Assembly (NCBI GenBank): GCA_025594325.1 | Contig: JANHCV010000007.1 | Span: 1,860,001-1,924,000, forward strand | Source: Blastocladiella emersonii ATCC 22665 | Lineage: Eukaryota > Fungi > Blastocladiomycota | DNA length: 64,000 nt | Direction of reading: 5' to 3' | In this document: positions 32,844 through 41,266 of the stretch, in pieces | Layout of the letters: each line of letters starts with the position of its first letter | Position numbering within the stretch: position 1 is the first letter of the stretch | Notes under the pieces: generated by a model | Seen by the model: only the letters and a program-made list of their open reading frames with translations | Told to the model about the DNA's origin: nothing | The model's database searches: none | Translations under genes and position numbers: made by a program

Positions 32844-34409
32844 TCACATGCGGCGAAGCCACTCGGCCGTGCGCGCGACGGTCCACCCGCGGCGGAACGC
32901 GGTCTGGATGCTCTCGTAGAACTCGCCCGACGGCAGTCTGGGCTTGTGCGTGCCGAGCGCCTCGAACACGTCGGCGTTGAACTCGACGTTTGACGCGCGC
33001 CGCTCGATCTTGATCTTGACGTCCTTGGGCTCGTCGTCGTCGCTCGACATGGTCAAGTCGATGACCGCCGTCGGGCGCTCGTTCGGCGCCGAGCGAGCGG
33101 CGACGCGCGGAACGGGCAGCACCGCGGCCGCGGCTTGGTCAACGAGCGCCGCGGGCTGGGTCGAGGCCGGGCGAGGGGACGGCGAGCGAGGGCGAGGAGT
33201 TGGTGGTTCTAGGCGAGGGGATGGTGGCTGAGGGGGAGGGGATGGTGACCGAGGGCGAGGAGCTGGTGGTTGAAGGCGAGGAGCCGGCGGTTGCGGGGGA
33301 GGAAACGGTGGCTGCGTGCGTGGAGCCGGTGGTTGAAGGCTTGGCGACGGTGGTTGCGGGCGAGGAGACGGCGGTCGAGCCGGCAAGCGCGAGGGCGTGA
33401 GCACACGCGAAGCGCTGGGCGATTCGGAAAGCGAGATCGATGAGTCCGCGCGCGGCGCTGCGCCAATCGAACGCCGGATGCGGCGCACAGGCGGCGGCGG
33501 CGGCGGTGTGCTCTCCGCAACCTCTGGGGCAGGCTCGTCCATCTCGTCGTAGTTGCGCTTGATCGACGTGTGCTGCTTCGTAATCAAGTCGGCGATCGTC
33601 GCGCCGTCCTCCTCGTCCAAGACGGCGGGAGCGACGCGCAGCGCGGCGGATGCGGGGCAGTACTCGAAGACGCCGAAAAAGAGCTCGGGAGCGCTGCGCA
33701 CCGACATGCCGGCGGGGATGCGAAAGAGGCTGGGCGCGTCCATGTTGAGGCACGCGTCGACGTACTGATCGAGCGTCTGCTTGAGCGCCGTGGCAAAGAG
33801 AGACGAGCGCAGGTGCTGCAGGCCAATGAGCTTCGCCATGTTGGTATGCGGAAGCATCGGAATGAGCTGCAGCATCGACGGGGTCACGCTGCGATTTATG
33901 TAAAGCTTGATGTGCTGGCCCATGTTAAGGATCAGCGGCATGAGAGCGTCGCTGAGGAGCTGCCGAGCGCGAGCAGCATCGGCGGGATGCGTGAACGATC
34001 GCTTGTTGTTCTCGCCGGTCTGGACGGGGAACGCGGCGTCGTAGTACGCGCGCTCGTCGTCGACGCTGTCCGCGCGCAGAGTCCGAAGGTGGCTGAACAC
34101 GGCGACGCGGACCAGGAGACAAAAATTAAGATTGTCGACCGACTCGCAGCGCACGCCGTTCTGCGGGGTCGCGCCGGGCGCCGGCGGCAACGACCTTGGT
34201 AGCGAAGTTGATCTAGGCGAGTAGGACGAGTGGGTCGACGACGGAGAGGCGGAATCCGAGGCGTTTCCTGGCGGCGAGATCGACTGCGAATTGGCAGCAG
34301 AGCGACCAAGCGTGGAGGTGCTGCGGCCGCGGCCGCGGCCGCGGCCAGAGGACCCAGATTGCGTGGTGCTGCGTGTTCGTGTCCGCATCGCGATTGGTTC
34401 CTCGGGCAT
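32844..34409 (-). CDS. Tandem-array family member 5, with ~10 heptad Pro/Ser repeats
   Basis: 521 aa; CESVDNLNF; LRVAPAVLDEEDG; PPSPRPQ-type repeats; AVIDLTMSSDDDE; VKIKIE; AFRRGWTVARTAEWLRRM. Confidence 0.85.
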   Translation of the reverse strand: MPEEPIAMRTRTRSTTQSGSSGRGRGRGRSTSTLGRSAANSQSISPPGNASDSASPSSTHSSYSPRSTSLPRSLPPAPGATPQNGVRCESVDNLNFCLLVRVAVFSHLRTLRADSVDDERAYYDAAFPVQTGENNKRSFTHPADAARARQLLSDALMPLILNMGQHIKLYINRSVTPSMLQLIPMLPHTNMAKLIGLQHLRSSLFATALKQTLDQYVDACLNMDAPSLFRIPAGMSVRSAPELFFGVFEYCPASAALRVAPAVLDEEDGATIADLITKQHTSIKRNYDEMDEPAPEVAESTPPPPPPVRRIRRSIGAAPRADSSISLSESPSASRVLTPSRLPARPPSPRPQPPSPSLQPPAPRTQPPFPPPQPPAPRLQPPAPRPRSPSPPPQPPSPRLEPPTPRPRSPSPRPASTQPAALVDQAAAAVLPVPRVAARSAPNERPTAVIDLTMSSDDDEPKDVKIKIERRASNVEFNADVFEALGTHKPRLPSGEFYESIQTAFRRGWTVARTAEWLRRM

Positions 34410-34561
34410 GTTACATTAGCTCCGTTGCGTATAGAGTGCCTGAAGCGAGAGCGCGGAGGGGAGGAGGGGCCCGGCGAGCGTTTGCGTTGGTCGAGAGGGT
34501 CCCGAACTCGTGCGCGTCGCGCTCTCCGCCCGTGGGAGCGGCGCCCACGTGTCGCATGAGG

Positions 34562-35530
34562 TCATTTCGGCTCATTTAAACGGAGCCCCGTGGGCCTGCT
34601 GTTAGCTTTGGGCAACCCGGACAGCGTGGCGTGTGAGAGCGGCGGCCAACACGAAGAAACTCGACGTGGGCGGAGACTGGCCACATGTAAAACCCGCTCA
34701 CGTGATATCGCAACACGTCTCGCACTGTCTCGCGCCCCGCGAGTCGCCGATCGCGCGACGACCCCACGCTCAAAAGGCAAACACAGCGCGTTGATATACA
34801 CAATGTTGATACAAAACAGCCCAATTCCCGCGCGACGCTCCACCCGCGGAATGCACTTGAAGAACTTGCCGGCGGGGAGCCCGGTCGCGTGCGACCCGAG
34901 CGCGTCGAACACGTCGGCGTTGAAATCGGCCATCGTAGCGAGCTCGTTGATCTTGGGCTTGACGTCCTTGGGCTCATCGTCGTCGCTGGACATGGTCAGG
35001 TCGATGACGGGGGTCTTGATGGTCGACTGCGGCGCTGGCGTCGGCGGCGGCGGACGCGGAACTCGCGGAGGCGGTGGTTGCAGCTGCTGGACCGGCGCCG
35101 TCTCGGACTCCGTCTCGTTGGGCGTCGAGCGAGTAGGCATCGCTGCGAGCAGCGAGTTCGGGACCGCGGGCTGCTCGGCACCAGTCGTGTTTGGGGCAGG
35201 AAAGCGCGGTGGTACCCCTGTTTGCAGACGCGACGGCAAGGGCAAGGGCGAGGCTGCAAGGCGAGGTGCAGGCGAAGCGGGAAGCAAGGGCGAGGGCGGC
35301 GGGGGCGAAGCCGCGCGCAAGGGTTGCGGCGGTGAAGCCGCGAGTAAATGTCGGGGTGGCGAAACCGCGAGGAACGGTGGCGGCGGCGATGTCGCGAGCA
35401 AGGGTCGGGGCGGCGAAGCTGCAGCCGCAGCCGCACCCAACGGCCGAAGCGGCGGTCGCGGAGCGAACGTGTTTAGTAAAACGTGCCTATCATGGTAGAG
35501 CCGTTTTGAACGGCGGAGCTCGTCACTCAA
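34562..35530 (-). pseudogene. Tandem-array family member 6: no central domain, 9-aa repeats, SIM kept, C-terminal module frameshifted
   Basis: PVIDLTMSDDDEPKDVKPK and FNADVFDALGSH...GKFFK, after which AFRGWSVAR lies in another frame. Confidence 0.65.
34699..34725 (-). promoter_or_regulatory. Bipartite motif upstream of member 5
   Basis: Perfect CACGTGATA-N8-CGTCTCGCAC on the + strand, ~290 bp upstream of the member 5 ATG and inside the out-of-frame tail of member 6. Confidence 0.6.
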
Positions 35531-35903
35531 CAGAACGCGAGCGGCGGGGCGAGAGCGGCCGCAGTCGACGAGGTGCGTGGCGGCTGCGGCGAGGGGGTGT
35601 CGAACAGCTCAGGTTCGACCTTACGCCGGATCCGGCGCGCAGGCGCGGGTGCGCGTCGCGATTGGTTCGTAATACATGGTTCAGAAGCAAGCTGCATGGC
35701 GGGCGAGGTCGGGGGAGCGAGCGTTGGAGCGGGGTGGAGCGGAAAGCGCGAGCGCCTGCCAAAACCAACGCGTGGGTCGACCGTGGGCCCGCCCGCCGGT
35801 CGCGTTTGCCGCGCTCCCGCCGCGCCCTCGCCGCTGCCTGATGCTTCTGCTGATCCCATGAATCTCAATGGACATATAACCCAACGCTCTCATCACTGCG
35901 GCC

Positions 35904-37661
35904 TCACACCCCGCGGATCCACGCGGCCGCGTGCGACACCGTCCACGCGCGGCCGAACGCGACCCGGACGCGCCGCTCGAACTCGCCCGGCGGCAGCCGC
36001 CCCGCGTGGTAGCCGACCTCGTCGAACACGCTGGCGCTGTACTGGAGCATCAGGTCCTCGACCACCTCCGGGGGCTTGACGTCCTCAGGCTCGTCGTCGG
36101 ACTTGGTCAGGTCGACGACGGTGGCCTGCTTCTTGGGCTGCTGCGGCCCCGTCGCCGTCGCCTCGTGCTCGTTGGGCACCGAGCGGGGCACATCGTGTGC
36201 GGCGAGGACCGGCGGCGGGATGACTTCGGGCAGCTCAGCACCGGGCACAGGTGGGACAGGAAGCGGCGAGAACGACGTGGTGGGCGTGGACACGGGCGGG
36301 CTGGATCGCGTGGGCAACGGGGAGGGAGACGGTGATGGCGAGCGAGTGCGAGGCTGTGCCACGTGCAGGTTCCAGTTGGTCTTGACGAGGACCTGACTCA
36401 CACGCAGCGTCGACGGGCGGGTCTTGAGGTCCACGCCGGCCTGGTCCGTGGCCTTGGCGCGGGTGCACTCGCGCGGGGCAGGCTCCTGCTCGACCGTGCT
36501 CGCGAGCTCGCCGTCCTCGGCCTCGGTGCGGCTCCGCTTGCGCGAGGCGTGCTCCTGCTCGACCGCGTTGGCGATCTCGCGGTCCTCAGGGGCCAGGTTG
36601 GACTCGTCGCGGCTCCGCTCGGGCGAGGCGTGCTCCTCGGTGCGGCTCCGCTTACGCGACGCGCGCTGCTGCGCGACCGCATCGGCGAGCTCGTGGTCCT
36701 TTGAGTCCACGCCGGCCTCGTCGCCGCACCGCTTCTTCCGCGACGACGGCGCGTGGCCCAGATCGACCATGCCAGCGAGCCGTGTGCTGTCGGACTCGTC
36801 GAGCACGCCGGGCGCGACGCGCAGCGCGGTGCCGTCGGCGGTGCGCTCGAAGACGCCGCGGACATGGGCGGGCGCGCCGCGCACCTCGAACCCGTCGGGG
36901 ATGCGGAACATGCACGGCGCGAGCGCGCTGGTGCACGCCGCGAGGTACCGGTCGAGCTTGGCCTTGAGCGCCGGCATGAACTTGGCGTCGCGCCAGTCGC
37001 GCACACCTACGAGCCACCGGAGTTGGTTCCACGGCGACATGAAACCGAGCTGCAGCAGCGGCAGATGGTGGTCGGCGCGCTTCGCGTACATCTTGACGCG
37101 CAGCGGTGGGCCGGCGAGAAGCGCCATCACGGCGTCGATCAGCAGCTGGCGCGCGCGCGGCTGGTCGGCGAGGTGCCCGTCGTCCTGGATCGTGAACGAC
37201 GCGGCGCGGTACTCGCGGTCGCCGTCGCGGTCGTTGCGCTCGCGCAGCGCCGCGAGGTGCCGCCACACGGCGACGCGGAGCAGCACGCAGAAGTTGAGCT
37301 CGTCGACCGACGCGCACGCCACGCCCTTGGGCGCCGCGACGTCGGGATCGAGCTGCGGACCGTGGTCGGGCGCAGGAGACGGCACCGACGAGAGCTCCGA
37401 GTCGGATGGGTCGGGCTCCAGCGACGTGTAGCCGGGCGGGCGCTTGGAGCGCGGGCACGCGCCCGAGCGTCGGCGCGGCGGCTTACTGGCGGGCGGCTCG
37501 GGCGAGATGGGCGGGGTGGGGACTGCGGTAGGATGCGCCGGCGTTGGGGTTGAGGGCACCGCGGTCGGCGCTGGTCCAGCGGGGCCGCCGCCGCTGTCGA
37601 GCGAGGCGCGGCGCGAGGATCGGCGCAGTTTGGTGCGAGTCGCGGTGGGTTGATCGGGCAT
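35904..37661 (-). CDS. Tandem-array family member 7
   Basis: 585 aa; MPDQPTATRT; CASVDELNF; LRVAPGVLDESD; repeated ASRKRSRTE; TVVDLTKSDDE; AFGRAWTVSHAAAWIRGV. Confidence 0.85.
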   Translation of the reverse strand: MPDQPTATRTKLRRSSRRASLDSGGGPAGPAPTAVPSTPTPAHPTAVPTPPISPEPPASKPPRRRSGACPRSKRPPGYTSLEPDPSDSELSSVPSPAPDHGPQLDPDVAAPKGVACASVDELNFCVLLRVAVWRHLAALRERNDRDGDREYRAASFTIQDDGHLADQPRARQLLIDAVMALLAGPPLRVKMYAKRADHHLPLLQLGFMSPWNQLRWLVGVRDWRDAKFMPALKAKLDRYLAACTSALAPCMFRIPDGFEVRGAPAHVRGVFERTADGTALRVAPGVLDESDSTRLAGMVDLGHAPSSRKKRCGDEAGVDSKDHELADAVAQQRASRKRSRTEEHASPERSRDESNLAPEDREIANAVEQEHASRKRSRTEAEDGELASTVEQEPAPRECTRAKATDQAGVDLKTRPSTLRVSQVLVKTNWNLHVAQPRTRSPSPSPSPLPTRSSPPVSTPTTSFSPLPVPPVPGAELPEVIPPPVLAAHDVPRSVPNEHEATATGPQQPKKQATVVDLTKSDDEPEDVKPPEVVEDLMLQYSASVFDEVGYHAGRLPPGEFERRVRVAFGRAWTVSHAAAWIRGV

Positions 37662-37865
37662 GGTTCATGCGAGCCGGAGGGTCGAGAGGTCATTGAGAAG
37701 GGGAGGGAGGAAGCGAGTCCCTCGAGCTGGCCGTGTTCGCGTTCCCCCGTGGGAGCAGCCAACGCGTCAAACGCGTCCGATCACCGACCGCCACCGCGCC
37801 CTGATGGCTGCCCTGATCCCAACCGTTCATGATGAGATGGTATATACAGTAATGGTACAAAGGCC

Positions 37866-39476
37866 TCACATACCGCCCATCCACGCGACCGTGCGCTCCA
37901 CGGTCCACCCGCGTCGGTACGCGATCACGATGCGCTTGTCGAACTCGCCCGCCGACAGCCGCGCCGTGTGCGGGCCGAGCGCCTCGAACACGTCGGCGCT
38001 GAACTCGAGCGCCGCGTCCGAGTCGTCGACCTTGGGCTGGACGTTCTCGCGCTTGTTGGCCGCAGCCGAGGCGAACGCGACGATGGCGTTGGACTGCACG
38101 GGGCGCTGCGGCGGCGGCGGCGCCCTGGTCTCGTTGGGCACCGAGCGAGGAGCACCGCGCGGGGCCGCCTCAGTCGACACCAAACCCGAACCATGACGGA
38201 GCGGCAGCGGCGGAGGGAGCGGCGGGAGGGGCGGCAGGATCGGCAGCGTCACGACGGGCGTACGCGTGGACGGCGGCGGCGTCGGGACGACATGCATCGC
38301 GACCGCAGCCCTGCGCCGAACCGGACGCGCGGGCACCGGGGTGAACTCGCCCTCGTCGCCGTTCTCGTCGTCGGACGCCGCGTCCACCGTCGCGGTGCGC
38401 TTGCGCTTGTGCACGATGCGCTTGCAGAGCATCGACCCGACCACGCCGGCGTCGGTCTCGGCAAGGACGGCGGGCGCAACGCGCAGGATGCCGCGTTCGC
38501 GGTCGATGTCAAACACGCCGTGGATGCCGCCCGGCGCGGCGTGCACCTCGCAGTCGAAGGGGATGTGGAAGATGCACGGCGGGTCCATGCCGGCGCACGC
38601 GCGGACGTACTCGTCGAGCTTACGGTCGAGCGCCGCGGCGAGGTGGTGCGAGGCCGCGTCGCGGACGCCGACGAGCTTGGCGAGGTTGCTGCCGGGCAGC
38701 ATGCGGTGGAGCGACAGCATGCCCCCGTGGTCGGACCGCATCGTGTACAGCCGCACGCGCGCCTCCGGGTCGCCGATGAAGGCCATGATCGCGTCACCGA
38801 GCAGCTTGCGCGCGCGAGCCGCGTCGACGGGATCGGCCACGACGCGGCGGTTGGCCTCGTCGAGGTGGACGGGGAACGCCGCGTCGCGGTACGCGCGGTA
38901 CGCGCGCTCGGCGTCGGCGCCGCGCTCGCGCAGCGACCGCAGATGGCGTAGCACCGCGATGCGGACCATCACGCAGAAGTTGAGGTCGTCGTGCGACGCG
39001 CAGTGCACCGTGTTGGGCGCCGACTCCTCCTCGGGCTGCTCGGCCTCGTGCGATTGCTCCAACTCCTGCCCTCGCTCTGACGCCTCTGCCTGATCCGATC
39101 CCTGCACAGGCTCGGGCTCCTGCTCCGGCTCCAGCTCCGCCTCGAGCTCCGGTTCCGCCTCGGGCGCAAACTGAAGCGACGGGTGGATGGGCGAAGCGGG
39201 GAACGTCGGCTGCGGGAGCATGGGCGCGCCGAAGAGGGAGTGGGCCGACGCGGGCGGCGAGGCGAGGAAGGCGGCAACGGCCGCGCCGTCGTCGAACTGC
39301 GGCCACGGGAGCGAGGGCGTCATGGACGTCGAGCTCTTCTGCGTGTTCGGGGCGAGGCCGGGCGCGGGGGCGGGTAGCGGCCGGGGAGGACCGAGCGCGT
39401 CGCGGATCGTCGAGTGATGGACGGGGACCACGTCAGGGAGCGACGCTGCGCGTGCTGCGAGCGGGCGGTCGGCCAT
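37866..39476 (-). CDS. Tandem-array family member 8
   Basis: Likely start MADRPLAAR at 39476; CASHDDLNF; HKRKR; FSADVFEALG...YRRGWTVERTVAWM; no SIM. Confidence 0.82.
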   Translation of the reverse strand: MADRPLAARAASLPDVVPVHHSTIRDALGPPRPLPAPAPGLAPNTQKSSTSMTPSLPWPQFDDGAAVAAFLASPPASAHSLFGAPMLPQPTFPASPIHPSLQFAPEAEPELEAELEPEQEPEPVQGSDQAEASERGQELEQSHEAEQPEEESAPNTVHCASHDDLNFCVMVRIAVLRHLRSLRERGADAERAYRAYRDAAFPVHLDEANRRVVADPVDAARARKLLGDAIMAFIGDPEARVRLYTMRSDHGGMLSLHRMLPGSNLAKLVGVRDAASHHLAAALDRKLDEYVRACAGMDPPCIFHIPFDCEVHAAPGGIHGVFDIDRERGILRVAPAVLAETDAGVVGSMLCKRIVHKRKRTATVDAASDDENGDEGEFTPVPARPVRRRAAVAMHVVPTPPPSTRTPVVTLPILPPLPPLPPPLPLRHGSGLVSTEAAPRGAPRSVPNETRAPPPPQRPVQSNAIVAFASAAANKRENVQPKVDDSDAALEFSADVFEALGPHTARLSAGEFDKRIVIAYRRGWTVERTVAWMGGM

Positions 39477-39716
39477 GATGCATGGGGTGGGGTTGGGTGC
39501 TGGGTGCGAAGAGGTGGGGGAGGGGAGATGAAGTGGCCGAGCGCGGGAGCGGCGGCGCCGGTTGGGGGGAACGCGGAAAACCACGCACCCACGTGGGAAA
39601 AGCAACGCGTCGATCGCGCGTTGGGCGGGGGGCCGATGCATCGACCGACGAAAGCTTTGAGGTTCAACCAACGAGCGATTAATTATACATACACGTAAAA
39701 CTTTCTCCTCATTGCT

Positions 39717-41066
39717 CTACGTGCCGCCGAGCCACTCGACCGTCCGCGACACGGTCCACCCGCGGCGGAAAGCGATCTGCACGCGTTTCTCAAACTCGCC
39801 CGCCGACAGCCGCGCCGACTGCGTGCCGAGCGCCTCGAACACGTCGGCACTGAACTCGAGGGCCGCGTTTGCATCGTCAATCGCCCGACTCTGCAGCGGG
39901 ACCTGCGCTGCCATGGACTCGTTGGGCAATGCACGAGGATCCCCGCGCGAGTCGGCGATCGACTGACCCACGCGCGACACCGAAGTGACCGCAGGGCGGG
40001 TAGGTGATGAAAGCGGCGGCCGAGTCGGCGTGGGCGACGGCGGAAGCCGCTGAACCACGCGCGGCGGGTCGGCGTCGACCTTGCGCCGGACCTGGCGAGC
40101 AGGCGACGGCCCGTCGTCGCCGTCACCGCCTTCGTCCTCAGACCTCGCACCCGCCTCGTCGCGGTCCCGCTTCCGCGGTACGTGCACGCGCAGCAGGTTG
40201 CCCATGACGTCGCCGTCGGCCTCGTCCAGCACAGCGGGCGCGACGCGCAGCACCTTGAGGTCCGGGCAGTACGCGAACACGTGCTGAATAGCGCGCGGCG
40301 ATGAAAAGAGCGCGTTCTCGGCGGGGATGCGGAACTGCGACGGCCCATCGACGTTGGCACACGCGTCGACGTACTCGGCGAGCTTACGGTCGAGCGCGGC
40401 CGCGAGTCCCGCGGACCGCAGGTCGCGCACGCCGGCCAGCTTGGCGACCTGCTTGCCCGGCGTCATGCGGCGCAGCGTCAGCAGCGACGGCCGGTCGACG
40501 CGCGTCGTGCACAGCAGGATGCGCGCCGCCGGGTCGTGCGCGAGCGCCAGGACCGCGTCGCTGAGCAGCCGGCACGCGCGGTTGCGGTCGCCGGCGCTCG
40601 ACAGGATGCGCTGGTTGCCCGCGACGCGGAGCACCGGGAACGAGGCGTCGCGGTACGCGCGATCGGCATCGCCGTCACGAGCGCGGAGCAAGCGCAGGTG
40701 GCGCAGCACCGCGACGCGGATCAGGATGGTGAAGTTGGTCTCGTCAACGGGCACCGCGTTGGGGACCGCGGTCTCTGGCTGAGGCTGCCGGAGCTCGAAC
40801 TGACGCGAGGTCCACGGAACCGGAGGCAAGTCCGGCGGCGGCGAGGCAACGGACGAGAGCGACGACACGGGCGACGCGAGCGCCGTCGTAGTCGCAGTCA
40901 CCGGTCTCGGAGATGCGGGCGCCGTGGACGGGCCGGGCTGCGTGGCCGGGGTGAGACCGTGTTCAGGCGCGGCAGAGTCGGGCGCGTCGATGGCGTCGCG
41001 GGGACGAGGTGCGGAAGGGGCAGCTTGGCGCGGCCGTGAGCGTGTCGCTGTCGGCCGTTCAGACAT
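39717..41066 (-). CDS. Tandem-array family member 9
   Basis: 449 aa; MSERPTATRS; LRVAPAVLDEADG; PRKRDR; AFRRGWTVSRTVEWL; no SIM. Confidence 0.85.
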   Translation of the reverse strand: MSERPTATRSRPRQAAPSAPRPRDAIDAPDSAAPEHGLTPATQPGPSTAPASPRPVTATTTALASPVSSLSSVASPPPDLPPVPWTSRQFELRQPQPETAVPNAVPVDETNFTILIRVAVLRHLRLLRARDGDADRAYRDASFPVLRVAGNQRILSSAGDRNRACRLLSDAVLALAHDPAARILLCTTRVDRPSLLTLRRMTPGKQVAKLAGVRDLRSAGLAAALDRKLAEYVDACANVDGPSQFRIPAENALFSSPRAIQHVFAYCPDLKVLRVAPAVLDEADGDVMGNLLRVHVPRKRDRDEAGARSEDEGGDGDDGPSPARQVRRKVDADPPRVVQRLPPSPTPTRPPLSSPTRPAVTSVSRVGQSIADSRGDPRALPNESMAAQVPLQSRAIDDANAALEFSADVFEALGTQSARLSAGEFEKRVQIAFRRGWTVSRTVEWLGGT

Positions 41067-41266
41067 GTTTCATGAGATAGTGAGCAGGACAGCGGGGAGG
41101 GAGAGCGGGAGTGCTTCGACGAAAGACGGTCTTGAAGCCTCAGCGACCACGGTCGCGGCCCACATGGCCGACCAGCACCATGAGAGTGACTCCAGGGCGC
41201 ACGCGGGAACGGGGGTATACCGGCCGTATATGAATGATATCTCTAGCGTACACAATCAGCCGCGCA

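Noticed and set aside
33165-33378. RNA polymerase II CTD-like heptads
   Set aside because: The period is seven, but there is no Tyr and the consensus differs from YSPTSPS. Kept only as a Pro/Ser repeat.
37746-39612. CGTGGGA...AACGCGTC upstream of copies 7 and 8 as further instances of the bipartite motif
   Set aside because: Spacing deviates (12-13 nt rather than 11 between the hexamer and CGTC) and the halves are degenerate, so they were not counted.
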